A DNA stretch of 64,000 nt from Polyangiaceae bacterium (GCA_965222375.1 CBDCTZ010000015.1:1024001-1088000), one strand, 5' to 3'; shown: positions 7,415 to 17,036, counted from the stretch's first letter. A program made the numbers and translations. The notes: generated from the letters alone by a model not told the origin.

Positions 7415-10297
7415 ATGAGTGCTGCAGCAAACACCAACGCGGGTCGGCACAAGACTCTGCCCCTCGAACTCGGCAAGCCGGTCTTCTCGGATGCAGTGAG
7501 CTCGACCCATCTTGCCCGCAAGGCGAACCGTCCCGACGCGGAATGGATCGAAGTGACCGAGGTGGCAAACGCAGTCTCGACGGACCCCGCAATTCGCGTC
7601 AGTTTCGTCCACGATAGCCAACTCGCTTCTTCGGTAAAAAGCCGACATTTTCTTCGGCCGCTGCACACGAGCACGCGAGAGGATCAACTGGTCTTCACAA
7701 CCGAGCACCTGCCAGGCGAACGGCTGCACGCACTCGTCCATGCCCGCCGCGTCGTCGGCTCGACCCTGCCCATGGAGGTCGTACTGCGGATCTTTCTGGA
7801 CGTGGTGGAAGGATTGCGTGCACTGCACCAGCGCCAGGGCGCGCCAGTCGTTCACGGTGATGTGACGCCAGCGTCCATCATCGTGACTCATGGTGGGTCG
7901 TCGTTGCTGGTTCATTCGGGCATCGCCGCAGCAGCCAAACTTCCCAAGGTCGAAAACCCACGTCTCGCCTACAAGGCACCCGAGCAGTTCCGGGAGTCCC
8001 AAAAAGCAACCCCGGCAACCGATGTCTATTCCGTCGGCATGACCATGTGGGAGGCGCTCACTGGTCGGCTCCCGGAACGACGACCGGACACGAACACAAT
8101 ACTGCCCAAGTTCTCCGAGGTCGCGCCCTCAGGTATCCCAGAGAAGGTCTCCAAGGTCATCGAACGCTGTGTTGCGTTCGAACCCTCGGATCGCTACCCC
8201 AGCGCGAGGGAACTACACGAAGAGCTGCTCCTAGCCGCGGCGGCAGATCTGGCTTCCGAGCTGGAGGTGTCAACCTTGATGCTCGCGACCACGCGACCCG
8301 CGCTGGCTTCAGTTCCCGATGACGGCACCACGAGCGTAGTTTCTCCGGCACCGCTACCGCCGCCGCGCCCTCCGCCACGACCCAGCCACGAGCGAATGCA
8401 GGCCGTGGCGGCTCACTCGGCGACAACCGACGATGATGCCGTGACGACGCTGTTCAATCGCGACACGGATGCGCCAGGCGCGATCAGTGAGGCGGACTTC
8501 GTAGAAACAGCACCGGAACGGCGAATCTTCGACGCCGAAGATGCCACCGAGCGCATGGACGCTCCATTAGGCGCCGACGAGCCGGAGCAGGAAGGGCCGG
8601 CCCGAGCGGGTCGCGGCTGGATGGTCTTGTTGTGGGGCTTCGCCGCGGTGCTGGCAATCGCCGTCGTTCTGCTCGAACTCGTGACTCCGAAAGGCGGAAC
8701 CGACGCAACGGACTCTTCGGACAAGGAGACGGCGAGTAGCAAAGCCAAAGGCTCGGAATCGAAGGGCTCTTCGAAGGCAGCCACTGCGATCGCCAAAGAA
8801 CCCACCAAAGGCAAGGCAACCTGCGCCGCAGACCTCCAGACGGACGCCAAAAACTGTGGCGCCTGCGGGGTGGATTGCGGCGGTGCCAAATGTCTCGACG
8901 GACGCTGCGGCGTCATCGACTTCGTGAGTGATCAAAACCGACCGAGCGCTGTCGCGGCAGACGACAAGGCCGTGTATTGGACCAATTACGCTTCGTCGGG
9001 CAGCGTCGTTGCTGTTCCACTCGCCGGAGGCTCTCCGAAGACGCTTGCCGAAAAACAAAACCTGCCCGACGGCATAGCCGTCGACAACGGCACTGTGTAC
9101 TGGACCACGGGCAAGGGATCCATCATGAGCGTTCCCAGCTCCGGCGGGAAGCTGAAAACCTTGGCGTCGGGCCAGTCGCACCCATCAGCAATCACCGCCA
9201 AGGGAGACTCGGTCTACTGGGTGAACCAGACTTCGAACGGCTCGGTCATGAGCGTGCCAGCGGGCGGTGGCAAAGCGTCTCAGCTCGTCGAGTCTGTCAG
9301 CATGCCCTGCGGGATCGCGGTTGACGATACCTCGGTGTTCTACAGCAGCTACTCCCTCGGCACGGTCGCGCGGGTTCCGCGCTCCGGGGGCAAACCCATC
9401 GAGCTCGCAGCCGGGCAGGCATTCCCTTGCGCCGTGGACGTCGTCGGCGACGCCGTCTACTGGGTCAACACCGGTAAGCCGAGTTCGGTCATGAAAGTGA
9501 GCCTCAAGGGAGGCAAACCCAAGGCGCTCGTCGCCGATACGGCTGCTCCGTCTGGCCTCGCAGTTGGCGAGGGTCATGCCTTCTGGACCACCACCGGCCA
9601 ACGTGGCGCGTTGATGCGCGTCGCGCTTTCCGGTGGCAAGCCAGAAACCGTTGCGAGCGGCGTCGGCAACCCCGCAGGTGTGGTGATCGGCGGAGGCAGC
9701 GCAATCTTCGCCGACTACTCCGGTGGGGCCATCAAGCGGGTTTTCGTCGGAGGCAGCGCCGAACCTGCGCTGATTGCCGCGAGCCACACCAAGGACGACC
9801 CCCATGCAGGACACGTGATGCCCGCAATGACAGCGTCTGCCGCGGGCAGCGCAGAGCCAGCACCCGCAGCCAGCGCCCCCGCCCCCGCGGCACCAGCCGC
9901 CCCCGCGGCAGCTGACGGTCCAGTGGACGTCACCATCGAGATCGCAAGCAAAGGCAACTTGATGGCCTTCGACATCACAGAACTAACCGTCAAGGCGGGG
10001 CAACGCGTCAAGGTGATCTTCAAGAACGTCGCGACCCATGCCGTCATGAAACACAATTGGGTGTTGGTCAAGCCGGGTACGGAAGAGGAGGTGGCGGCAG
10101 AAGGGTTGGAGGCCGGCGAGGCCAATCACTACATCGTCTTCACGAACCCAGATGTGCTCGCAGCAACCAAACTCGCCAAACCAGGGGAGACCGTCGAAGT
10201 CGTGTTTACTGCTCCTGCCGCAGGCACCTACCCGTACGTGTGCACCTTTCCCGGTCACTACATGATGATGAAAGGCACGCTGACCGTTACCCCATGA
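7415..10297 (+). CDS. Ser/Thr pseudokinase - TM - beta-propeller - azurin/auracyanin fusion
   Basis: HGDVTPAS, YKAPEQ, DVYSVG kinase motifs, DFG replaced by HSG; TM helix; repeated IAVD..VYWT blades; HNWVLV...CTFPGHYMMM. Confidence 0.8.
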   Translation: MSAAANTNAGRHKTLPLELGKPVFSDAVSSTHLARKANRPDAEWIEVTEVANAVSTDPAIRVSFVHDSQLASSVKSRHFLRPLHTSTREDQLVFTTEHLPGERLHALVHARRVVGSTLPMEVVLRIFLDVVEGLRALHQRQGAPVVHGDVTPASIIVTHGGSSLLVHSGIAAAAKLPKVENPRLAYKAPEQFRESQKATPATDVYSVGMTMWEALTGRLPERRPDTNTILPKFSEVAPSGIPEKVSKVIERCVAFEPSDRYPSARELHEELLLAAAADLASELEVSTLMLATTRPALASVPDDGTTSVVSPAPLPPPRPPPRPSHERMQAVAAHSATTDDDAVTTLFNRDTDAPGAISEADFVETAPERRIFDAEDATERMDAPLGADEPEQEGPARAGRGWMVLLWGFAAVLAIAVVLLELVTPKGGTDATDSSDKETASSKAKGSESKGSSKAATAIAKEPTKGKATCAADLQTDAKNCGACGVDCGGAKCLDGRCGVIDFVSDQNRPSAVAADDKAVYWTNYASSGSVVAVPLAGGSPKTLAEKQNLPDGIAVDNGTVYWTTGKGSIMSVPSSGGKLKTLASGQSHPSAITAKGDSVYWVNQTSNGSVMSVPAGGGKASQLVESVSMPCGIAVDDTSVFYSSYSLGTVARVPRSGGKPIELAAGQAFPCAVDVVGDAVYWVNTGKPSSVMKVSLKGGKPKALVADTAAPSGLAVGEGHAFWTTTGQRGALMRVALSGGKPETVASGVGNPAGVVIGGGSAIFADYSGGAIKRVFVGGSAEPALIAASHTKDDPHAGHVMPAMTASAAGSAEPAPAASAPAPAAPAAPAAADGPVDVTIEIASKGNLMAFDITELTVKAGQRVKVIFKNVATHAVMKHNWVLVKPGTEEEVAAEGLEAGEANHYIVFTNPDVLAATKLAKPGETVEVVFTAPAAGTYPYVCTFPGHYMMMKGTLTVTP

Positions 10298-10779
10298 CTG
10301 TCGGAGCAGGCGCCCCCATGAGCGTTCACCCAATTCGCGCGGCTGCCACGTCGAAAAGTCCTCCTCGAATCGTCGCGGAGGTCATGACCCACCCGGTGTG
10401 CACGATCCCCCGAAGCGCGACGGCCCGGGAGGCAGCGGCGCGTATGCTGAGGAACCGGCTTCGGCACTTGATTGTGCTCGACGATAGGGGGCGGGCCGTT
10501 GGTGTGCTCAGCGATCGGGATCTCAAGACCGCCCAGCCATCGGCGTTGATGCTAAGGGACCCCGAGATGCGCGCCAAAGCGCTTTCCTTGGTGCGCGTGA
10601 GCGAGGTGATGGTGAAGTACCCGCAAGTGATTCGCCCAGAGCAATCCATCGCCGACGCGCTTCGCGTGATGCTGCAGTTCCGCATCGGCTGTGTGCCCGT
10701 GATCAAGGCGGACGAAGAACTCGTGGGCATATTGACGGGTGGCGACGTCGCGAAGCTCGCACTGTCGCTCTTGGAGTAG
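10294..10779 (+). CDS. CBS-domain pair protein
   Basis: ATGA overlap with upstream stop; VAEVMT..V, GVLSDRDL, VSEVM, GILTGGDV. Confidence 0.9.
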   Translation: MTVGAGAPMSVHPIRAAATSKSPPRIVAEVMTHPVCTIPRSATAREAAARMLRNRLRHLIVLDDRGRAVGVLSDRDLKTAQPSALMLRDPEMRAKALSLVRVSEVMVKYPQVIRPEQSIADALRVMLQFRIGCVPVIKADEELVGILTGGDVAKLALSLLE

Positions 10780-10918
10780 CGAGTTCAAGTGCGACTGAAC
10801 CCGCGGCGCTGCTAACCGCAGCTTCTGCGCACGCCGAGCGCTATCGCGCGCCGCTTGCGTGTCTCGTTTCACAAAACTTCGACAAAGGCCTCGGCATACA
10901 TCCTGCGTCAAAGTGGGC

Positions 10919-11332
10919 ATGACGTTCCTCTTGCGCGCCGCGTGCGTCGTGGGATTGACGGTCGTGAGCTGCGGGCCGCCAGTCATGCCGCCCACTTCGG
11001 GACACGCACCGCCCGAGGCGGCACAGTCCACCGCGACGCTGGATGGCGAAGTGCTCGGTGTGGATGGTCGTAGCCCCGAAACTCAGCTGGCGAAGAGCGT
11101 GCGTCTGCGTCTGCTCACGGAGTCCGGTTCACGAGTGGAGGTCGTGCTGGCCCCCGCTTGGGTGCTGGATGAAAAGGGGCTGAGTTTCACGCCGAAAGAG
11201 CGAGTACGCGTGAAAGGCAAGAAGACCGTGAAGGCCGGTGAGCCCGTATTCGAGGCCCAGACCATCGAGCGCGACACCAAGATCCACAAGCTGCGGGACG
11301 AAACCGGCAAACAGCTCTGGAGAGATCGCTGA
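10919..11332 (+). CDS. Small lipoprotein, OB-fold-like (resembles the MamS/MamX-type domain)
   Basis: Lipobox VVSC; VVLAPAWVL...V.V.G...LRDETGKQLW pattern. Confidence 0.5.
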   Translation: MTFLLRAACVVGLTVVSCGPPVMPPTSGHAPPEAAQSTATLDGEVLGVDGRSPETQLAKSVRLRLLTESGSRVEVVLAPAWVLDEKGLSFTPKERVRVKGKKTVKAGEPVFEAQTIERDTKIHKLRDETGKQLWRDR

Positions 11333-11409
11333 CGCGAGAGGGAAGCATCCCACAGCGCCTGCGCTCACCTTCTTAGAATGTACCCGCGCGGGGGTGCTAG
11401 AATAGATTC

Positions 11410-11811
11410 GTGGCAAAGACCGGATCGCAACAACCACCGGCTGGAGCCCCAGACTCGGCGGGCTTTCTTTCGGCTAGGGATGCACAGGGAAGCGACATCG
11501 ACTTGACTCCGATTCGGCCCCTTTTGGACCGCATGGTCGCGATTTGGAGACCCGAGCGGATCTGGTTGTTCGGGAGTCGCGCCCGTGGTGAAGCGCAAGG
11601 CTGGAGCGACTGGGATCTCTTCGCCGTCGTGCCCGATGACGTGCCCGATGACAAAGTCGGGCCCTTGGCGAGCTGGCGGCTCCGAAAGGAGTCGCGTGCT
11701 CGGGCTGACGTTCTTCCCTGCCACGCTTCGGACTTCCGGAGGAATCGGGACACCCCGAACACGATGGCGTACGAAGTGGCGAGGGGGGGCGTGCTCGTGT
11801 ATGAGCGCTGA
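11410..11811 (+). CDS. Minimal nucleotidyltransferase (MNT) antitoxin
   Basis: IWLFGSRARG....SDWDL motif. Confidence 0.9.
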   Translation: MAKTGSQQPPAGAPDSAGFLSARDAQGSDIDLTPIRPLLDRMVAIWRPERIWLFGSRARGEAQGWSDWDLFAVVPDDVPDDKVGPLASWRLRKESRARADVLPCHASDFRRNRDTPNTMAYEVARGGVLVYER

Positions 11812-12238
11812 CACCGTCATAGCGAACTATCTCAGGATCGCGTTCCAGGATCTCGAAGGTGCAAAGATCCTCGCGGGCGCGAACAATCGAAATGCCATCT
11901 ACTTGTGCGAGCAAGCTGCTGAGAAGATCATTCGCGCGGTCCTTACTTCCGAGGGCCAACACGCCGGCATCCGGCATCTACTTGACGAAATGGTGGAAGC
12001 GGTGCCAGACGCGAACCCGCTAAAGCCACTCTTGCAGAAAATCGAGCATCTCGCGGCGTTCGCCACAACGTTCCGCTACCCAAGCCCCGTCGGAAGGATT
12101 AAGGCAACGCCTCCAGCGCCCGATCTGGCCAAGTACATTGCCGACGTTGAGGCGGCGCTAACCGAGGCAGTCGCACGGTTCGGTGTCGACCTATCGAAGG
12201 CGGATGACCCAGCCGCCAACCCCGGACCTATACGATGA
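11801..12238 (+). CDS. HEPN-domain protein (MNT-HEPN toxin-antitoxin partner)
   Basis: Overlaps MNT gene; A..DL..A, EQAAEK..RAVL, H.L, FRYP. Confidence 0.85.
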   Translation: MSADTVIANYLRIAFQDLEGAKILAGANNRNAIYLCEQAAEKIIRAVLTSEGQHAGIRHLLDEMVEAVPDANPLKPLLQKIEHLAAFATTFRYPSPVGRIKATPPAPDLAKYIADVEAALTEAVARFGVDLSKADDPAANPGPIR

Positions 12239-12482
12239 ACCACCACCCGCAACGAAAAGCCCCAGGCCTACCGCACCCGCGTGGCCCGCGTCGTACTGCC
12301 CGAGGGCTTGCCCTAGGCGCACAGCAGGCGTTGCTATTGGCACACGCCCAAGCCACCCGGAGATATCAGTGGCATGCACTTGAGGCTGCTTGGGCAGTCG
12401 ACGTTTCGAGCAGCACCGGCCGATCCCGCCACCCCACTTCCCGCAGCACCTCCGTACTACCCGTGGAACCTAAGACCTCGCC

Positions 12483-12511
12483 TTGACCCACCACTTGGCC
12501 CCGGCTACTTT
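12483..12511 (+). promoter_or_regulatory. Sigma70-type promoter
   Basis: TTGACC-N17-TACTTT, 8 nt upstream of GTG 12520. Confidence 0.55.
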
Positions 12512-12519
12512 CACACCAC

Positions 12520-13185
12520 GTGGTTTTCGCGCCGACAAACTACCGAGAGCAGGTGGAGGCTGCGATGGCTGCCGCGGCGACGATGTTGGGCGCGAGCTGG
12601 CAACCCGACCCCAGCTGTCGGCAAGGTATCGGCTTCGTGTCCCGCGGTGAGGTGAACGGTTGGCCCGTGGAGGTGCGTGGCTCCTATGGAGCGGACGGCT
12701 CGGGGACCGGCACCCAGGGCATCAGCGTTGCGCTGAAGGTGCTGGGCAACACGTACGGGATCGTCACTTCTGCCGGCGTGCGCGGGTTGTACGAAGGAAC
12801 GCTGCGGCTCGTGACGCGATGCGCGCCGAAGGCGGTGGGCGCGGCGTGGCTGGACGAGGGGGTGAAACGTGCGCTGCTGCACGACCCCGTGGTGTGTATC
12901 ATCGAGGCCGAGCGCGACGGGATCAGGCTGGGTCTCTCCGCCGTCCACGCCGCGGATCCGCAGGCCCTGGCGCGAGCCGCAAGGCTCGGGGTGGACATGC
13001 TCCAGCGCCTCCCGAGCGCCATCGGAGCGGCGGGTGCGGGGCAGTACCTCGCGAGTTCGCTCGACAGCCACCCCGAGGTGATCGCGCATCGCCGCGGAGA
13101 TCGACGTCAGACGCTGTTCGGAATCGCGCTGATCGTGACGATCCTGGGTGTAACGACTGCGTTCATCATCTGGCTGATGTTATAG
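12520..13185 (+). CDS. Hypothetical protein with C-terminal TM anchor
   Basis: GC3-rich ORF with terminal hydrophobic helix. Confidence 0.7.
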   Translation: MVFAPTNYREQVEAAMAAAATMLGASWQPDPSCRQGIGFVSRGEVNGWPVEVRGSYGADGSGTGTQGISVALKVLGNTYGIVTSAGVRGLYEGTLRLVTRCAPKAVGAAWLDEGVKRALLHDPVVCIIEAERDGIRLGLSAVHAADPQALARAARLGVDMLQRLPSAIGAAGAGQYLASSLDSHPEVIAHRRGDRRQTLFGIALIVTILGVTTAFIIWLML

Positions 13186-13234
13186 CGCACGCAGGTGCTC
13201 GCTGTGTGACGCAGAAGACCGGACGTCGCAGCTC

Positions 13235-13690
13235 CTAGTTGCAGACCCCCAGATTTCCCCCATTTGGAAGAGGCGTGCACTGGCCAACGTTGCACGGCTT
13301 GCCGCCCATGCAGCAGAACTTGTGGCATGTGTTGTCGATCACGCAGGTCGATCCGCCCATGCAGAATGTTGTGTTCGGAATGCAGGCATTGCCAGGCGCG
13401 ACAGTCCCGACATCATCGAAACACTGGGGCAGTGGGCCAGCGGCGAAGTCACAGGTTTGATTGGTCGTGCACCCTTCGTTGGTCACCGGGTTGCAGGGCA
13501 TCGTCGGACACTTGCCGGCCCCCTCACTTCCCGCACTTCCCGCCGACCCCGAAGCACCACCACCGCTACTACCACTCCCCGCAGCACCTCCGGATCCGGT
13601 CTTGGTGCTACCCGTGGAGCTGCTGGAACACGCAGCGAGGCTCAGCGCCAACAGTGAAACAACCGCGAAGGGGGCGAATCTGGCAACCAT
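13235..13690 (-). CDS. Cys-rich secreted lipoprotein
   Basis: Lipobox LAAC, Gly/Ser linker, CNPVTNEGC...C domain typical of myxobacteria. Confidence 0.75.
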   Translation of the reverse strand: MVARFAPFAVVSLLALSLAACSSSSTGSTKTGSGGAAGSGSSGGGASGSAGSAGSEGAGKCPTMPCNPVTNEGCTTNQTCDFAAGPLPQCFDDVGTVAPGNACIPNTTFCMGGSTCVIDNTCHKFCCMGGKPCNVGQCTPLPNGGNLGVCN

Positions 13691-13821
13691 GCCTGAAGTA
13701 TCGCAGCTCCTGCAATCGAGCACCAGAGCTGGCAACGCGACTAGCCACGGCACCGCACGAGCAGCCGCACCACTGCGGACCGCGGGCAAGAGAGGACGCT
13801 CCGTATCTTTGGGGAGCAGCG

Positions 13822-13878
13822 CAGCTCTGTTGCCAGCCAAAAAAACATCTTCAGTTGTTTGGGAAGGCAACAGAGCTG
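13822..13878. repeat. Inverted repeat / hairpin element
   Basis: CAGCTCTGTTGCC (13822-13834) and GGCAACAGAGCTG (13866-13878) form a perfect 13-bp IR, extendable imperfectly to about 13802-13898. Confidence 0.8.
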
Positions 13879-13957
13879 AACTGCCGCTCCAAGGCACGTC
13901 GGGGAGCCCTCACCTGCTGGGGCGCGCACCACGGCTGTCCGCCTACTGGCGCCATGA

Positions 13958-13984
13958 TACTTATATGCACTATGCATATAAGTA
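13958..13984. promoter_or_regulatory. Perfect AT-rich palindrome (putative operator or terminator)
   Basis: TACTTATATGCA-CTA-TGCATATAAGTA. Confidence 0.55.
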
Positions 13985-14009
13985 CCCAAGCGCCCGATCG
14001 CGGCGCGAC

Positions 14010-15965
14010 TCAGGGCTTGCGAGGGCCCGAGGGCGGCACTCGGATACTCGGTGGCGGTGGCGTGAGGCTCGACACTGGCGGCGCCATGCTCACGGGAGGC
14101 ACGGACAGGCTCACGGGCGGCGCTTCGGGCTCGAAGGTGAGCACGACGCGATACACGCCTCGGTCCAGCTCCGAACGCACGGTCATGCCGCTGCGGTGAA
14201 ATACGCCGAGCATGTCGCGGTTGTTCGGCAGCACGTCGGCGGCAAAGCCCCGCACGCCGCGAGCCTTGGCGATCTCTGCTGTGCGCTGCATCAGCGCGGT
14301 GCCAATGCCCTTGCCTTGCCATTCGTCTTTGACGACAAAGGCGATGTCCGCGAGCCCAGTGGCGGGATCCACGTCGTAGCGGCAGATGGCGACGAGCTCG
14401 GAGCTGGGGTCCGTGCCCGCCAATACGACCAAGGCCATGTTGCGATCCAAGTCCAGGTCGACGAGTTCGCGGATTTCTTCGTTGGGGTGTTCCCGCTTGT
14501 ACTGGAGGAAGCGCTGATACGTGCTCTCGTCGCTGAGATGATAGAACAGGTCCTGCAGCGGCTCTTCGTCGGCGGCGCGAGCCGGGCGAATCAGGACTTT
14601 CTTGCCGCGGATCTCCTCGATGCGCTCTTCTTCCCAAGCGTAGATGGCCCGGGGCACATTTTGCTCTGGGAAGACGTAGTGCCGCTCCTTGGCTTGGTCC
14701 AAGAGCTCCGCACGGAAGTCCGGGTGTGCGATCTCGATCAAGGCCGTGGCACGTTGACGGATGTTCTTGCCCCAGAGATCCGCCACGCCGTACTCCGTGA
14801 CGACGTAGCGTACGTCTCCGCGACTGGTCACGACCCCCGCCCCTTGATCCAGGGTGGTGACGATGCGACTCATGCTGCCCTTCTTGGCGGTGGAGGGCAG
14901 TGCGATGATCGGTTTGCCGCCGCGGCTGCGTGCCGCCCCGCGAATGAAGTCCACCTGCCCGCCAATACCGGAGAAGAACCGGCCCTTGATGCTGTCAGCG
15001 GCGACCTGCCCCGTCAGGTCCACCTGCAGCGCCGAGTTGATGGCAATCATGGATTCGTTCTGAGCGATGATGAACGGGTCGTTGGTGAAGTCGCTGGGAC
15101 GCATCTCCACGATGGGGTTGTCGTCTATCCAGTCGTAGAGACGTCGCGTCCCCATGGCGAAGCTCGTCACGACTTTGCTGGGCAGAATCGTCTTCTTGCG
15201 GCCGGTGACCACGCCCGCCTCGACCAAGTCGATCACGCTGTCACTCAGCATCTCCGTGTGCACGCCCAGGTCGACCCGGTCGTGCAAGGCCTCGATCACG
15301 GCATGGGGGATTCGTCCGATCCCGGTCTGGAGGGTGGCGCCATCCGGGATCAGTGTCGCGACATGACGACCGATTTCCCTGCAGGTATCGTCCAGGGCCT
15401 CGACCTCCAACTCCGGCAGCTGAGTGTTCACCGGCACGATGGCGTCGATTCGATCCATATGTAGGAAGGAGTCGCCGAGGGTGCGAGGCATGTTCGGGTT
15501 GATTTCCGCGATGATCCAATCCGCGGTATCCACGGCCGCCCGCACGATGTCGACGGCAACCCCGAGGCTCACGTAGCCGTGAGCATCCGGGGGCGACACC
15601 TGGATCAACACGCCATCGATGCGCACCCGGCGCGAGCGAATCAGCTCCGGGATCTCCGACAGGAACACCGACATGAAGTCGGCGCGGCCTTCTTGCACCG
15701 CCTTGCGCACGTTGGCACCGATGAAGAAAGCCACGTGGCGAAAGCGCCGCTCCAGGCCCGGCGCGACATAGGGTGCGGCGCCAAGTGTCAAAAGATGCAC
15801 GATCTCGTTGTCGGCCAGGTGGTCACCGTGGTCGACCAGGGCTTGCACCAAGGTTTCGGGTTCGCCGGCGCCCGAGCCCACGAGTACCCGGCGGCCGCGT
15901 TGGATCATGCCGATGGCAGCGGCGGGGGTTCGGAGCTTGTCGGCGTATTGCTGTCGGAAGTCCAT
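14010..15965 (-). CDS. Acetyl-CoA hydrolase/CoA-transferase fused to a GNAT acetyltransferase
   Basis: VSPPDAHG..SLG, TLQTGIG, GVHTEM, SGIGGQVDF..GA; C-terminal WQGKGIG GNAT motif. Confidence 0.92.
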   Translation of the reverse strand: MDFRQQYADKLRTPAAAIGMIQRGRRVLVGSGAGEPETLVQALVDHGDHLADNEIVHLLTLGAAPYVAPGLERRFRHVAFFIGANVRKAVQEGRADFMSVFLSEIPELIRSRRVRIDGVLIQVSPPDAHGYVSLGVAVDIVRAAVDTADWIIAEINPNMPRTLGDSFLHMDRIDAIVPVNTQLPELEVEALDDTCREIGRHVATLIPDGATLQTGIGRIPHAVIEALHDRVDLGVHTEMLSDSVIDLVEAGVVTGRKKTILPSKVVTSFAMGTRRLYDWIDDNPIVEMRPSDFTNDPFIIAQNESMIAINSALQVDLTGQVAADSIKGRFFSGIGGQVDFIRGAARSRGGKPIIALPSTAKKGSMSRIVTTLDQGAGVVTSRGDVRYVVTEYGVADLWGKNIRQRATALIEIAHPDFRAELLDQAKERHYVFPEQNVPRAIYAWEEERIEEIRGKKVLIRPARAADEEPLQDLFYHLSDESTYQRFLQYKREHPNEEIRELVDLDLDRNMALVVLAGTDPSSELVAICRYDVDPATGLADIAFVVKDEWQGKGIGTALMQRTAEIAKARGVRGFAADVLPNNRDMLGVFHRSGMTVRSELDRGVYRVVLTFEPEAPPVSLSVPPVSMAPPVSSLTPPPPSIRVPPSGPRKP

Positions 15966-16076
15966 CACGCAATCATCTCCATGCAGGGGCGGGGTAAGCA
16001 ATCTTTGCACCAGCCCCACCGACGGTGATGCTGCGCTTTCGCTACGCAGGCTTTGCGCGGGCTGTCGGGTCGAGCT

Positions 16077-17036
16077 TCAGCCTTGCGCGAACCGCTCCGT
16101 CGCGAGGATGAGTTCGTGGGTGATGCCCGGCTCCAGAGCGGAGTGGCCGGCATCGGGTACGACCGTCAACTCAGCCTCGGGAAAGGCGCGATGCAGATCC
16201 CAGGCACTACGCATGGGGCACACCACGTCGTATCGACCCTGCACGATGACCGTAGGTATGTGGCGGATCTTGTCGACATCAGCGAGCAGTTGGTCCTCTC
16301 GCTCGAAGAAGCCGCCGTTGACGAAGTAGTGGCACTCGATGCGCGCGAAAGCGAGGCTGAAGTCATCGTCTGCGGAGTGCTCGACGTGCTTTTCGTCGAC
16401 GTAGAGGAAGCTCGTACTGCCTTCCCAAACGCTCCACGCTTTTGCGGCCGTCTTGCGCACCGCCGCATCGTCATGGGTCAGCCGGGCGTAGTAGGCGGAC
16501 ATCAAATCCCCGCGTTCTGCCTCGGGGATGGGTTCCAAGTACTTTTCCCACGCGTCCGGGAACAACTGGCTGGCACCCTCTTGGTAGAACCAAGCCAGTT
16601 CGGACTTGCGCAGCATGAAGATGCCGCGCAGCACCAACTCGCTGACTCGTGTCGGGTGTTTCTGCGCGTAGGAAAGCGCCAAGGTGCTTCCCCAGGATCC
16701 ACCGAAGACCAGGAATTTGTCGAGACCCAGGTGCTCGCGTAGGGCTTCGATGTCGCCAACGAGGTGCCACGTCGTGTTGGCCTTCAAGGAGGCGTGGGGG
16801 GTGCTCTTGCCAGACCCGCGTTGGTCGAACAGCACCACTCGATAGTGCTCGGGGTTGAAGAAGCGCCGATAGCGCGAGTCGAGGCCTCCGCCGGGCCCGC
16901 CATGCAGAAACAGAGCCGGCTTGCCCTCGGGGTTGCCGCACTCTTCGAAGTACACCTCATGCCCATCGCCAACGGCGAGGGTCCCCGTGTTGAAGGGCTC
17001 GATCTCCGGAAACAGGCCGCGTCGTTCGTCGTTCAT
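16077..17036 (-). CDS. pip: Proline iminopeptidase
   Basis: LHGGPGGG, FDQRGSGKS, FGGSWG, QGRYD, DAGHS. Confidence 0.95.
   Translation of the reverse strand: MNDERRGLFPEIEPFNTGTLAVGDGHEVYFEECGNPEGKPALFLHGGPGGGLDSRYRRFFNPEHYRVVLFDQRGSGKSTPHASLKANTTWHLVGDIEALREHLGLDKFLVFGGSWGSTLALSYAQKHPTRVSELVLRGIFMLRKSELAWFYQEGASQLFPDAWEKYLEPIPEAERGDLMSAYYARLTHDDAAVRKTAAKAWSVWEGSTSFLYVDEKHVEHSADDDFSLAFARIECHYFVNGGFFEREDQLLADVDKIRHIPTVIVQGRYDVVCPMRSAWDLHRAFPEAELTVVPDAGHSALEPGITHELILATERFAQG

Noticed and set aside
10891..10907. Second sigma54-like site TCGGCATACATCCTGCG
   Set aside because: GG-N10-GC spacing fits but the -12 element is weak; cannot be distinguished from chance
10919..11332. Magnetosome gene
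   Set aside because: Only a generic domain resemblance; no other mam genes present
13958..13984. Chromosomal dif site
   Set aside because: Lacks the ATAA-N6-TTATG XerC/D core; kept only as an unexplained palindrome
13461..15464. 667-aa plus-strand ORF
   Set aside because: Antisense shadow of the CoA-transferase/GNAT gene; no motifs; such shadows are expected in high-GC DNA
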